A stretch of 64,000 nt of DNA from Octopus sinensis (lineage: Eukaryota), in contig NC_042999.1 of assembly GCF_006345805.1 (NCBI RefSeq), forward strand, positions 44,020,001 to 44,084,000, read 5' to 3'. Below the pieces are notes generated by a model. It worked only from the letters and a program-made list of their open reading frames with translations. It searched no databases and was not told where the DNA came from. Below, piece by piece: positions 35,391-48,912 of this stretch (within the stretch, counting starts at the first letter, position 1; every line of letters starts with the position of its first letter). The translations under genes and the position numbers were made by a program.

Positions 35391-38009
35391 TCTTTATTTT
35401 CATAAATAACCAAACTCAGTGTGAAACATTTTATTTTATTAAAAGTTTGAAATGATGTGAATATTTCTCGCTGTTGATCTCTCTCTTTTTTTCTTGAGCC
35501 AACAAGCTCATTAGACCAAAGTTTACCCCAGTTTCTATCAGGTTTTAATGATTGAGAGTACAAGACCATCCTCTGAACAGGGTCCAGTCTGCCACAGGCT
35601 TAACACCCTGCTATTGCAGGTATACATTTTCATCCAAAATAGCAAGAAATAAAGCACCTTGTTCAAGGTAGCAACATAGCATCCAGTTCTGAAACTGAAC
35701 TCAAAATGTTTCAATTATGGAGCCCAACACCCAAACCATTAGTTTGTACACTTTCCCTTCTCATTGTTTATATATCTTAAATCTTCCTTTCAATGAGAAG
35801 ACCAATATCTATACTGAGATAATTATAACATTTAAAGTGAATTCACTCTCAGAGCTTATAAAGTGTTTAATATATATCATCATCATCATCATCATCATCA
35901 TTTAACGTCCGCTTTCCATGCTAGCATGGGTTATATATAATATTTATGAGGTTTTTTAGTTATCTAATTAAATTATTCAGACTATGAATTTTTTCTTTCC
36001 TCTTGGTGTTTTTGTTTTACTGCAACATTAAACCTAACCACTTATTTAATTTCCTTTCATTTTCCAAACCTCTCTCTTATTAATTTTGTATTTCCCATAC
36101 TTAGCCAGTTTATTGTTTAGTAATTACCTACAACATATTTAACACATTAAAATCTATATTTTTCATACCAAAGTATGAATAATCTGATAGGAATTCAAAT
36201 TTGATATATTCTAATGTCGCAGTGCTTCGAATGATTTGGTTATTTGCTAAACTGAACATATTTAAGTAGGTTGACGCTTCAGTTATTGGACCTAAGTCCC
36301 ATATTATAAAGCCAGATTCTCTAACCTAGAACTTGATCAACAATAAATGTATTAGAATTATATGCATGTGTTAATATCTGTATGTGTGCATATGTGTATA
36401 TGTATTTTTGCAATTACATACACAAAGTGGATAATCTCATATTTTGACATGCATGTGCTGATTGTAAGCAAATTCGTCATCATTCATACAAACTGTCGTT
36501 TGTCTGCAGTTCTTCACAAAAACATGTCTGGACTGTTTATAAATCATTAGACAAGGGAATTGTTATCTTGCTTGAAAACAAGGGAAGGCTGGCATCAGGC
36601 AGGGCATCTGGCCATAGAAAATTCTACTTCAGTGAAGTCCCATCTGGACCCATGCAAACATGGAAAAATAGACGTTGAAATTATGACGGCACTGATGATG
36701 ATGATGATGATACATTTGGTTCTCAGCCAATAACGACAAGATAAACTATGATTGCGTGATTTCTGGTAACTAGGACATCATATTATTGACTGAACTATAA
36801 TGGGAAGTTACTTATTTGGAGAAATATATATATTCCTTTTTAGACTGTCATAGTCATAAAAGAAAAAAAAAGTATGTTTATGTGTATCTATATTTAAGTT
36901 TCTCTGTGTTTTCATGTTTTCATTAGTTTTATGAATTATTTGCTCCCACCTTTGATAAATAAATATCCGTTTCTGTTAATTTAGTGGTGATGATGTGATT
37001 ACAATAGTTATAAGAAAAGAATAATAAAGAGATGAATTGGTGCAAGGAAACAAAAGTCCCAAGGGTCTTTTTATTATATATATATCTATATACACACACA
37101 TATATATATACATATACATATTTATTTATATATATATGAGAGAGAGAGAGAGAGCCTTTTGTTTTTTCCAGACAAATATTACATCATTTCCACTTGAACT
37201 GTATTTGTCTCATAAAATATACATTTTTTCCCCTATAAACTATTTGCTTAATATCCCTGAGCGCTCATTATTATTATGGCGCCACATAAAAGTATTTTTT
37301 TTTGTTAAACAACTGATTTTTATATTATTGGTTGCTATTTATTTTATTTTATTGTTCTTGTCCAACACTGCATTTTACTAAGTGGCTGATGTCGAATTGG
37401 GGTGGGTTTTCTATACCAACTAAATAATCATACATTTGATATATTGCTAATAGCTTCCAAGACATCATTATTATTCATATTATATAACTCCTAAAGATTT
37501 TTTCTATTTATTTATTTATTTATTCCATTTTATCCCCCTCTCCTAAAAATGTCTCTCACGCCAAATAATCCTTTCTTAATTTTGGCATGAGACCAACAAT
37601 TTTGAGGGGAGGGGGAAGTCTATCACATTGACCGCTGTGCTCAACTGGTATTTTTTTTTTTATCGGTCCCAAAAGGATGAAAGGTAAAGTCAACCTCTAC
37701 CTTTCATTAAAGCATTTGAACTCAGTACATAAAGTGCTGGAAGAAATTCTGCCAAGCATTTTATCTGACATGCTAATGATTCTACCTAATCACTGCCTTT
37801 CTCGCACTAAATAATACTTGCTGGAATTAGATGTCTTTGGTAGTTCATTCAAGTATTCTGTTCTTTACGTTCAGTCTTAATTCTTTTGTGGCTGAGTTTC
37901 AAATACCCTGCTTATGTGTTTCGAAAATAATCATAAATTTGCAGGGATTTAGTAAAGCAACTAGCTTTCATTATGGAAATATTAGTAACATAGCAAAATG
38001 TTTTTAATA

Positions 38010-38395
38010 GGAACAGGCATGGCTGTGTGGTAAGAAGTCTGCTTCCCAACTACATGGTTCTGGGTTCAGTCCCACTGAATCTTGGACAAGTGTCTTCTAC
38101 TATAGTCCAAAGACCAACCAGAGTAAATTTTGTTAATAGAAACTGTGGAAGCCCATCATATTTATAATTATATTTCTATATGTGTGTGTCTTTGTGTTTG
38201 TTCCCTCTGCCACTGCTTGATAACTGTTGGTTTGTTTACATCCCTATAACTTAATGAGAACAGTAGTATGAGTACCAGATTCAAAAATTAAGTACTGGTG
38301 TTGATTTGTGGACTAAAAAATTTTCAAATTGGTACCCCAGCATCACTGTAGTCCAACAAACAAGTCCAAACAAGTAAAGGATTAAAGATAAAAGG
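38010..38395 (+). mobile_element. SINE family A (old)
   Basis: ggcatggctgtgtggtaagaag ... gggttcagtcccactg ... caagtaaaggattaaagataaaagg. Confidence 0.75.
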
Positions 38396-39035
38396 TTATG
38401 TCATTTTTAGAAATATGTCACTGAAGGATTAAAGCCAAGTTTATACAGCTGAGCATTTTTTTTTTTTTTGAATGACATCCACTTAATCATTAAGTAGGAA
38501 TGATAGTTGTTTTCAGCTTGGATTACTGAAACAATGGAAAAAAAGTAGAAGGTAGATGTTAAGTTCTGGACTGAGGACTTTTCGGTCTGTAATCCAGCCC
38601 ATACCTGCTTTGGAAGGCCCCAAATTTTCTTGCTTGATATTTCATGGTACCATTCTGACAAGGGACATTCACTTTACTTCTTTATCAATTTAGCTTAAAA
38701 CAAGAATCATTGACATTCCGTGGTTAGTTCAACACTTGGGTGGTAAAATGATTGCTCCAAACACTTTGTGTCTTTATAAATTTCAAGTTTTGCCAAACAT
38801 TTTCAGACCACTTTTACCATAAAAAAAAAAACATCAGGATGAAATGGATTATAAAAAAAAAAAAAAAAGTGGCAGGGCTTGGTTGAGCTCATTATCATAC
38901 CCATACACTAAATGTACATTTTCAGAATTCAAAATTGGTTGTATATTTCGGGGTGGATGTATTTATATGTCTACATTTGGCACTAATTGATTTGTATTAT
39001 AGTTACTAATGTTTTTTGTTTTTTTTAAATTCCAG

Positions 39036-39160
39036 ACTTGAAAGCTGATATAGATCATCTGTGGAAATGGCTTCAAGGTGTTGAAAATCGTCTTTTACCA
39101 TTGTGCATACGAAGTAGTTGGACTACACCCGAGTTGGAAGAAAAGTTAACTGAACACCAG
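39036..39160 (+). CDS. Coding exon 3 of the spectrin-repeat gene
   Basis: ttttttaaattccag|AC acceptor and CAG|gtattt donor. 125 nt, phase 1/0: (D)LKADIDHLWKWLQGVENRLLPLCIRSSWTTPELEEKLTEHQ, the start of a new spectrin repeat. The phase matches exon 2. Family assignment is from memory and needs BLASTP/HMMER. Confidence 0.92.
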
Positions 39161-39347
39161 GTATTTAGAATGTTTTGTTTATGAATCTATTAGTGTTTCT
39201 TTCATATTTATCTATGTTATTCATTAGAGAAAAGAGTTAATTTTATATCGCTATATAAGAATAAGAATAGCTAAATGCCCCCCCCCCCCCCAGCTAGATT
39301 AAAGTTCGTATTTTCAATACCCACCAGTGATGTTTCATATCACTTCT

Positions 39348-39525
39348 CTGGTACTTAATTTATCAACCCCTGAAAGGATGAAAGGCAAAGTCGACCAAAT
39401 TCCACCGAGGTCGACTTTGCCTTTCATCCTTTCGGAATCGATAAATTAAGTACCAGTTACTCACTGGGGTTGATGTAATTGTTTGTCCTCTCTGTGTTTT
39501 AGCCCCTTGTGGGTAGTAAAGAAAT
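39348..39525. mobile_element. SINE-B with an inverted partial duplication (hairpin 39348-39456)
   Basis: 17-bp and 25-bp perfect stems, a 7x6 internal loop, and a 12-nt terminal loop aaattccaccga. Confidence 0.85.
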
Positions 39526-40034
39526 AGGTCTCATTTCTCTCCTTGTGAGTAAGTATGACAAGATGGCTTGTGCCATAGTTTCACTAATTGTTTTAGGTGC
39601 TTGTGTAGTCACAGATAGACAAGCCATCTTCCTTTGACCCAACAGAATATCTAGTGTGAGACAACTGGAGGGAGAGAAGGCTGCTCTGTCAGTCTGCTGG
39701 TACTCCTTTTCAGCTGAATAATATGGGGCAGAGTGAAATTATGTGATTTGCTAAAGGATACTGTGTACTACCAGGTTCAGGAACCCAAACCCATGAACTT
39801 ATGATTGTGGGTTGAACACCATAACTATTAGGCCATGCAGCTTCAGGTAACAAGCTTATTTCCACTCCAATAAACATAAACATAGCAGTCAAATGAACCG
39901 AAGGAAATTAAATTGTAGTGTGCCACCTGCTAAATGGTTTCACCTGCTCAAGACTAGTAACTGAAAAACAAGGTTTTGTCAGTAGACTGAACTAGTAACC
40001 TTTGTGTAGTGATTTACCAACAGTTTGTTGCTTT

Positions 40035-40240
40035 GCTCAAGGTCAGCCCTGATTGAGCAGATATATGATCAAAAACATTTCAACTATGACTATTTCATCT
40101 TATTCGTCTATTATAAATCTGATTCTGTGTAATCCATTGTAGTTCTAGATATAATTTTTTATAAGACAGTAAGGTAAAATATGAGGGATATTTGGCTGCT
40201 ATTTCTAGCAGGTCAAGAGACTATGTAAGGGCTTCCTTAT
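40035..40240 (+). repeat. Unclassified interspersed repeat, family D
   Basis: ggtcagccctgattgagcag..tatgatcaaa ... gagggatatttggctgctatttctagcaggtc. Related pieces at about 1385, 12185, 20880, 41645, 44025 and (-) 56682-56860. Confidence 0.6.
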
Positions 40241-40424
40241 TGGCTCAGCATGGCCAATATGTTGGTTTTGTTGGTGCTGTGGATACTGTTATTGCTGTTG
40301 TTCAGTGGTGGAGTGGTCAGAGATTTAAAACTAGTTGTTTTTCTCTTTTGGGATTTACTTTTATAAAATCCGTTTCTTTTTAGTTTTTTTATTTCTTCTT
40401 AATACTTGTTTTTAAATTCCTACC

Positions 40425-40800
40425 CCATCTATCTGCCCACCCATCTATCTGCCCTTCCATCTATCTGCCCTTCCATCTATCTACCCTTCCATCTATCTAC
40501 CCTTCTATCCATCTACATATCTATCTACCTCTGTATATCTATCTTTCTTTCATTCTATCTACTTCTGTGTATATCTATCTATCTATCTATCAAGCAAGCA
40601 ATCAGCCTGTGTACATTTAGTCTTACTCTTTCTGTATATTACTCTCTTAATCTTTCTTTTCTCTCTCTCTCACATTTGCCTTTCTTCTTCATCCCCATGT
40701 TATTTCTCTCCCTTTATAATTTACATCCTTTCTCTTCTCATCACTTTTCATCTCTCTTCACCTCCCTCTTTCTATCTATTTAGCTCATTCTCCTCTTTCC
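40425..40800. repeat. (CTAT/CCAT)n minisatellite and pyrimidine-rich tract
   Basis: 16-bp unit ccatctatctgccctt repeated about 4 times, then (ctat)n and a CT-rich run. Confidence 0.8.
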
Positions 40801-42374
40801 CCCTTCCCATCTATTTATTTATCATTTTATCTATCCTTCATATTCAAAATACAAAGGTACACTGAACCTCTAAGGTTGGTTTGTTCTCATGTACCTATGT
40901 GTGCCCCTGAAATCTATCAAAACTGTGTCACTCTGTAGGATAGGATCACTTATTTATGTCCTTTCTCTAAACTCTATCCTCTATTGCACATGACCTGGTC
41001 TTGGTCTTCAATTCCTACCTCCCCTCTCCCATTACAAAAGCTCCCATTGTGCCTGTGCCTACAAGCTCCCTTCCTCTACTGTTAGGACCACCAACCCTAA
41101 CACCACTGCCACCACCTTCCCTGCCTTACAGCTGGGAATAGAAGCAATACTCAGCTGGAGTTGAAATTGGCTCTTTTCAGTTTCATGGTTTTTTTGTTCT
41201 TAAATCCATCTAAATGAAAAAGGTAATGTAATTTGTTAAGCATAATAGTATTTAATATCTGGAATAACTTCCATTTATCAAATTTTTAATGCATTTTTGT
41301 GTTTAATTTAAGCATGATTGAAATTTTTTGTCCTGTTTTCTTAAAGGGATTTTTTTTTTGGTTTTTTAAGTGAAGACATTAAAAAAATGCTCTTTCACTC
41401 ACGTGGCTAAAATTCTGTTTGTTAATGGGGTCCTGTCCCATGTAGTTTTCTACTTTGTCTTTCCTGTCATCATCATCTCCAGCAGAAATCTTAATTATAT
41501 ATAATTGTGTGTTTGTGTGTAAGTATGTGTTTGTATGAGGTTATAGTTTGTTGTTTAGCCAAAAGTCAGCACTGATGGAAGATTTTTTTTTTCCCTGTAT
41601 TCAAAGTGTCCAGCATGAGGAGTTGGTTTATTTTGATTTTTTAGATGATAGGATGTGATTTCAGGAAGCTTTGGCTGCTATTTCTAGCACGTTGAATGAC
41701 CATATACAGGTTCCCTCTTCTTTTAATTGTTTCATTGTGAAACTATTTTATATACACTTCGTGTTTTGTATATTTATTGAACTTTATATTTTATAATAAT
41801 CCTTTTTATAATAATACACACCAATTTCATTTATATTGTGATGTTATACTTGACCTTCTGTCTTAATTTTTTTTTTTATAAAATAAAATCAAAATTATTT
41901 TCCTTCTTGAAGACATATCCATACAGTATATTTTTCTTTCATTTATCGGATTGCTGTCCAACCTGTTCACCCACCCATCCACAACGTGTATACATACTTT
42001 TTGTAGTCTATTTTTGCAATGCCTCTCATCAGTCACTCTGGTGGTGGTAAAAGACAGACTAAATGCCTTGTGATGTTAGTTCTGAGACTGCACCTTTTGA
42101 GTTCAAATCTATCCAGGATCAACTTTGCTTTCCATTCCTTGGGTAGATAAAATAAAGGACTAATTAAGTACTGGGGTTGGTGATGTTAACTTATCCCCTC
42201 CCCTCAAAAACCACTAGTCATGTGCCTAAATCAGAAATCATTGAGGTCAACTTTGCTTTCATCCCTCTTGAGGTCAATAAAATAAATAGTTGGACCCTGA
42301 GATTGATATAATCAACTTCCCCTGAAATTGCTGGCCTCATGCCAGAATTTGAAACCATTATCATCATTATTATT

Positions 42375-42603
42375 GAGGATGCATGACCTAGTGGTTAGGG
42401 TATTCATATACTTGTTTCAGTCATTTGACTGTGGCCATGCTGGTGCACCACCTTTAGTCGAGTAAATCGACCCCAGGACTTATTTTTTGTAAGCCTAGTA
42501 CTTATTCTATCGGTCTCATTTGCCGAACCGCTAAGTTACAGGAACGTAAACACACAAGCATCGGTTGTCAAGCAATGTTGGGGGGACAAACATATACACA
42601 CAC

Positions 42604-42656
<53 letters not shown>

Positions 42657-42990
42657 TATATACGATGTGCTTCTTTCAGTTTCTGTCTACCATATCCACT
42701 CACAAGGCTTTGGTCGGCCCGAGGCTAGAGTAGAAGACACTTGCCCAAGGTGCCACACAGTGGGACTGAACCCGGAACCATGTGGTTCATAAGCAAGCTA
42801 CTTACCACGCAGCCACTCCTACACCTCACAAGACTGTGAGATTGTCGTTTCAATTCCTAGACCAGGTGGCGTGTTATGTTCTTGTGCAAAACACTTCATC
42901 TCATGTTGTTCTGCGATCACTTTGACGTATGGCACACCATGCACTTGTTCATGCAACATCAATTTGACGTCAATAAAATATGTACCAGAC
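42375..42990 (+). mobile_element. SINE family F split by an antisense SINE-A (42409-42826)
   Basis: The A-box-like tgacctagtggttagg lies before the insert. gtttcaattcc (B-box-like) and gttcttgtgcaaaacactt lie after it. Confidence 0.65.
42409..42826 (-). mobile_element. SINE family A, young
   Basis: Near-consensus copy with CpGs retained and a central (TA)(CA) tract. Confidence 0.85.
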
Positions 42991-43494
42991 ATCTACCAAA
43001 GCCAGTTTGATTGACTACACTCCTTTCAGATCAATGGCATTTTATCAATGCTGTAAGAGAAATCATCATCATCATTATTATTACAGTATTGTCATTTAGT
43101 TAGATGTGGTGGTTAACGCCTTTCACTTGCAATACCTTCATATAACATTTGGAAAAACATTGCACCTAATGAACTCTGACTGTAATTATAGAAAAATTTG
43201 ATGGAGTGTAATACTGAGATATTAAGGCCAGGAATGTTGAACAGGCAAATCAATCGAAGTCTTCAGAAATGTAGCAGGGCTAATAATTTTTACAAAAGGT
43301 TCAAGACCTGAAATTTCAAAGCTGGGGGCTAGTTGATTGTCAACCCTGCCGGGGATCCACTGCTTCTTATATTATACTAACTGCAAAAGGATGAAAGGCA
43401 AAGTTGATCTTGACAGAATTTGAACTCAGAGCATACAGCCAGAAGAAAATGCCAATAATAATTACAATGATTTCAAATTTGACAGCAAGATGAT

Positions 43495-43865
43495 TTTCTT
43501 GGGTTCAGTCCCACTGCACAGCACCTTGGGCAGGTGTTTTCTATTGTTGCCCAGATCAACCCAAGCCTTGAGTGGATTTGTTAGATGGAAGCTAAAAGAA
43601 GACCATCATGTGTGTTTGTGTGTTTACTCTTTGTTGACATCCCATAATGGTTGTAAATAAACATCACCATCCGGCAAGCAGAGCTGTTTGTTTTCAGCCT
43701 TTCATGGGAAACATGTCTGGCTATGAGGAAATATTACCTTGCTTGGAAACGGATATGAGTTGGTGACAGGAAGAGCATCCAGCCATAGAAAAATCTGTCT
43801 CAACAAATTCCATTTGACCTTTGCAAGCATGGAAAAGTGAGCATTAAATGATGATAATATGATGA
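43495..43865 (+). mobile_element. Chimeric SINE: family-A head plus RTE-derived tail
   Basis: gggttcagtcccactgcacagcaccttgggcagg ... (tg)n ... gacaggaagagcatccagccatagaaa ... gcaagcatggaaaagtgagcattaaatgatga. Confidence 0.7.
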
Positions 43866-45829
43866 GCTTCCACACAGTTTTTTCTTACCAAATTCAGAAG
43901 ACATTAGTCAGTTTGGGATTATAGTAGAAGGCTGCAAAGCAAACTTTTTAACCATACAGTCATTCCAGCATAATTTCTTAACATTTTGATGTATACTGAA
44001 AATAGGGATTTCTTTTGCATGTTTTTGTTTAGCCCCAGGTCATCCCTGATACAGCTAATCTGTGGTCAAAATTATTCAAACTATGACCATTGTATCTTTT
44101 TCATATATAGTATATTTAGGGCCCCAATAGCAACTGAATGAGATTTACTTACTATTTCTGGCAGGTTGCACTAAAGAGTAAAACAGGACCTTCTGACTTT
44201 CATGCCAAAGTCATTAGTGGCATGTGTCAAATGAAATTATCTCATCTAAGACCTGAAACTGTATCCTAGTAATTTAGACATTACATAATAATGGAAGCAT
44301 GTTTTTTAGGGTTTCACTTTAAAATAGGTCATATATAAATTAAGTACCTTTGCTTCCCACCCACTTGATAAACATCTATCAAAGAGCTATTATTATTATT
44401 ATACTTTGGATAAACTCAAAAATGATTCATACCCACCTTATATTTCTTCACCTTCTCATCTGTATCTATGCTGAGCTCACTTTCTGCCACACCCTACTGC
44501 TGACATTGTACTGAACAAGAGGTTCACCTGTTTTTTTTTGTTTTTTTTTTACTAAACCAACTCTTTTGTTGTTGGTCTCCCACACACACACACACACACA
44601 CTTTTGTCAACACTCTACTGCTACCATAACCATCAACCCATTTCTACTGTTATTTTTCTCAGTGTAAACCAAATACAAAGATCAGGGCAATGAATGACAG
44701 TTTCAATAGTGTTAGAATTTTAATGTTAGTGTTTGTTTTCCCTCCATCCTGTTAGACAGGCATGAGGAGTGAAGTTGTATTAAGAGTTGAGAAAAAGCAA
44801 GAATTAGTCTTCTCTGGAACATTAGTGACAGAAATGAAATTTCTTCCATACTGGGAAAATGAAACTATGTCACATATTTTACCACTCAGAAAGTCCCTCG
44901 AAACACAGTTTGCTTATGACTGGTTCAGATAATTGATATGGCATATCTCCTTCAAGTGGAGTGAAACTATATTGTCTAAATAAGCAGGTGCTGATTTTCA
45001 GATCTTCAACAAGACACTGAACTATATAGGGACTTTTACATGGTGAACAGAAATGAGTACCTGGTTTTAATACAATCTAACGACTTGTCTGACAATTGGT
45101 TTTTTTTTTTTATTGTTGAAAAACAGTCTTCTTTCCACTCTATCTGGAAGTGATTTGCTTTTCTTTTTTTCTTTTTTGTACTCTGTGACCTCTGTACTCT
45201 CAATTTTCCTTTGTAAATTTGCTTAACTCGATTACATATTACCTGTTTTAAATAGACTAAGGTAAGCTCTTAATTAACTTTTAATTTACACATTTAGGCT
45301 CGCCCCCATCCATACATCCTGAATTTTCTTTTTATCTTTTAATTCCTCTTTTTTCTTTTTTTCTTTTTTTTTGATTATGAGGGATTATTAATTATTCTTG
45401 CCTTATGTCATATTCTTTGTTGATGTCATAATCCTCCCCACAGATGACTCGATTATATTTTAGGTAATCTTAATTTATCCTTTCTTTTGTTTGAGTATTT
45501 ATTCATTCATTTGTTTTATGTGTTCCTCCATGCTAGATGCCCTTGTCTCTAACCCATACCTGTCCCTCAAATAAAGGATTTTTTTTTTCAAATCCTTTAT
45601 TTAATGAGAGATTCAAAAGAAAGCACAGACCTAGAGGAAGGACAACTTGTTGCAAGGAAAATCACTACATCACCATCTTTTATTCAACATTTTCCCATGA
45701 GAATGAAGAATGTAAACATTAATGCACACATATTTATGTATACATTATATATGTGACATACAGTTTCTGTCTCTTAATTCAACTCGCAAGATGTTGGTCA
45801 AACAAAGACTGCAGTAAAAACCACATAGG

Positions 45830-46165
45830 TGCAGGCATGGGTTTCCAACCACATGGCTCTGGGTTCAGTCCCACTGCATGGCACCTTGGGCAAATGTCTT
45901 CTACCATAGCCTTGGGCTGACCCAAAGCCTTGTGAGTAGATTTGGTAAGATGGAAACTGAGTGAAGCCCATTGTATGTATCTATGTGTGTGTGTTTGTCT
46001 CCTCACTACACTGCTTGACAACCAGTGTTGGTCTGTTTATGTCCCTGTAAATTAGCAGTTCAGCAAAAAAGACCAACAGAGTAAGTACCAGACTTTTTTT
46101 TTAAAAAAAAGTGCCGCTGTCAATTTGTTTGACTAAAAATTCTTCAAGACATTGCCCCATGACTA
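45830..46165 (+). mobile_element. SINE family A
   Basis: ggcatgggtttccaaccacatgg..gggttcagtcccactgcatggcaccttgggcaaatg ... gttcagcaaaaaagacc. Confidence 0.75.
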
Positions 46166-46279
46166 TCACAACTATCTTGGACAGTGTTACTTATATTTTA
46201 GTGATTATCAAAAATTAGGAATTTATATTACTTAAAAAACGCAGCTATCATGGAATAAAGCCATAACTTATGTACTCTG

Positions 46280-46880
46280 CTTTAAACCATTATAATATAA
46301 ACTGGACATATCCAGCCTAAATATTCTGTCTGTTTTATGTTCAAACCAGCCAGATCCTGTCTTTTACACCTACCCTATAATCCAAAAATATGCAATCACC
46401 CAATTGTAATGTCAAGGCTACAAAATAATGCATGATTAATTTAAAACAGAGTGAATAAATAAGCATTTCATTTGACAAAGTTATATGAATACTCAAGGGT
46501 TATGCATGATAGAACTGCTTAACTATAGTTTTATCTCTGCCTTGTTATTCTTTGGTTACTTCTATTTTTCTGTGTCAACATGCAATTGTGTACATTTATT
46601 TAGTGATTCATTCACTGTTATTTTGGAAAATGCAAAGTTATGCTTCACTGGAGAGGTCAAAATTTAACATTTAAGCTTTTAAACCAGCCATATCTATCCC
46701 AATTATTCTATTTTATATTCAAATTGGCCAGATCTAGCTTCTTACACCTACCTTACAATGTCGTCCTAAAAGTAAACGATCACATCATTGAAACCTTGAA
46801 GCTACAAGATAATGCATGATTAATTCAAAAATGAATAAATAACTATTGCATATGACAGAATAATCTAAACAGTAATGGGT
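46280..46880. mobile_element. Two tandem decayed P2 MITE copies
   Basis: Repeated aactggacatatccagcc / ggccagatc..tacacctacc / ataatgcatgattaatt modules. Confidence 0.55.
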
Positions 46881-47449
46881 TAACTGAAACCTGTTTGGAG
46901 TTATCTCCCATACTTGTGAGAAGGGTGAAAAAATTAGTCACTGACTAATGTATTGTTTCTAGTTACTATTCTTATGTTCCATGCTTTGATATTGTGAACA
47001 TTAACTTAACTATTGTTATACATGCATATGGTACCATTGAATTATTTATTCTATATGTATATCGATCTATTTCGTGCCTACCTGAATTCAGACAGTTTTA
47101 TGACAAAACACTCTTGTACTATTTATTATATTGTTTGCTATTATTTGAGAGGTCTTTATACAGAAAATATTCCCATCCTTGACTGTTTTTGGTAATTGTT
47201 TTTTTCTGTGAATTATATAAATGCAGTTTTTCATAATGTAATTGACTGTACTGGGATTTCTAACTTTGGCACAAATCCACTGAGGTCCCAAATTTGTACA
47301 AGGGGAGGGGCATATAGCCCTGTAAATCAATTTTATGACATGATGGGTGTGTGATTTATCATTCCTCTCCCTTCTTTGTTGTTACATAAGCACCAAATTT
47401 AACTCTAACAGGACTTGAGCATACAATTTAAAGCATTGTAACTTAATAG

Positions 47450-47835
47450 GTACAAGCATGGTTGTGTCGCTAAGAAGCTCATTTTGCAAGCATGTGGTTT
47501 CACATTCAGATCCACTCTATGGCACCTTGAGCAGGTGTCTTCTACTGTATCCCCAGGCTGACCAATACCTTCTGAGTGAATGTGATAGATAGAAACTGTG
47601 AGAAAACCTTTGTGTGTGTATGTGTGTCCCCCGTCCATAACCACTTAACAACAAGTGCTGATTTGTTTACATCTCTGTAACTTAGCAGTTTGGCATAAGA
47701 AACCGATAGAATAAATGCCAGACTTCAAAAAAATAAATAAATAATAAATAAAATACTGAGATCAATTTGTTTGACTAAACTCTTCAGACCCCTGCATGGC
47801 TGCAGTCCAGTGACTGAAACAAATTAAAAGATAAA
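47450..47835 (+). mobile_element. SINE family A (older)
   Basis: gcatggttgtgtcgctaagaag ... ggcaccttgagcaggtgtcttc ... gactgaaacaaattaaaagataaaag. Confidence 0.75.
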
Positions 47836-47841
47836 AGAAGT

Positions 47842-48068
47842 TTAACCCTTTAGTATTTAAACTGGCCATATCCGGCCAAAATATTTAATCTGTTTTATGT
47901 TCAAACTGACCAGATCCAGGCTCTCACACCTACCCAACAATGTTATTCTACATTAAGTAATTACACCATCAGGATCTTGAAGATATGAGATAATGCATGA
48001 TTAATTCAAATCAATGGGAATCAATAAGCATTATGTTTGATAGAATAATCTGAACACTAAAGGGTTAA
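47842..48068. mobile_element. piggyBac-like MITE family P2
   Basis: TTAA|ccctttagt ... actaaaggg|TTAA, with perfect 9-bp TIRs. Confidence 0.8.
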
Positions 48069-48660
48069 TACTGCTTGGCCAATTCCATCATCTTACTACA
48101 ATTGATTAGTAATCACAAGTAATAAGAACTGACAGAGGTATTTTGTGTTTGTTTGATTGTGATAACAGCATTGTCATCCTAACACTTTCATATCATGGTA
48201 TCATAATATAGTGTTGTGAGATATATAATGACCATTTCACTACACTGTGATGTATGCATTTGCGTCTTATTAATTCAGTGAATTCAGCAAATGGTGTTTT
48301 GTTTTGTATTCTCAAACAAAACGAAACTTTCTTTTGTGTTTAGAATCAATGAGAAAATTATACATGCACAGTCAATATTGCATTTATCAAAATTATCAAA
48401 TGGATGAAAGGTTGATTCAAAATGATTTTAAGAGGAATCCATAGATAAATCCAGTGAAAGTTCAGATCCTTACAGCCATTTCAAGAACATGTGGAACGAA
48501 ATAGGTGAACCATTTTCCATCCATTTCTATTATCCACATTTCTTTCTTCAGAGATGTCTTAAGAGAATTTCAAAGATTTAGAAAAAAAAGTTTTTTTAAA
48601 TATGTTAAAAAAAATTTTAATTTTAAAAATTTGAAGTTTGGAGCAAAAGTACAAGCTATT

Positions 48661-48705
<45 letters not shown>

Positions 48706-48912
48706 CTCCAAACATGAAAACACAAAGAGAAAACACAACAACACGAGGACGTGGAACAAATATAGTATTATTGGACGCTCAGGAAGGAAGGGAAGAAGGA
48801 GGGTTTAATGTTTCGAGCGGAGCTCTTCGTCAGAAACATAGGAAAAGGAAAGATCCAGAGAAGAGAAGAGAAGACGGAGGGAAAAAAATCGCCAACAGTA
48901 CACACGCGGTCA
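48706..48912 (-). mobile_element. Penelope-like solo pseudo-LTR embedded in microsatellite
   Basis: About 200 bp of CpG-retaining sequence between (TA)n and (CA/TA)n. It carries gtttcgagcggagctcttcgtcag, the reverse complement of a hammerhead core typical of PLE pLTRs. Confidence 0.65.
48803..48837 (-). ncRNA. Minimal type-I hammerhead ribozyme motif
   Basis: Reverse complement reads GTTT-CTGACGA-a-GAGC(tcc)GCTC-GAAAC-AT-T-AAAC: CUGANGA core, stem II, GAAA, and stem I gttt/aaac. Stem III reads ACAT rather than palindromic ACGT. Confidence 0.7.

Noticed and set aside
48455-48510. Tc1 'SPDLNPIENLW'-like remnant
   Set aside because: It needs frameshifts, no TIRs were found, and it is too short to support.
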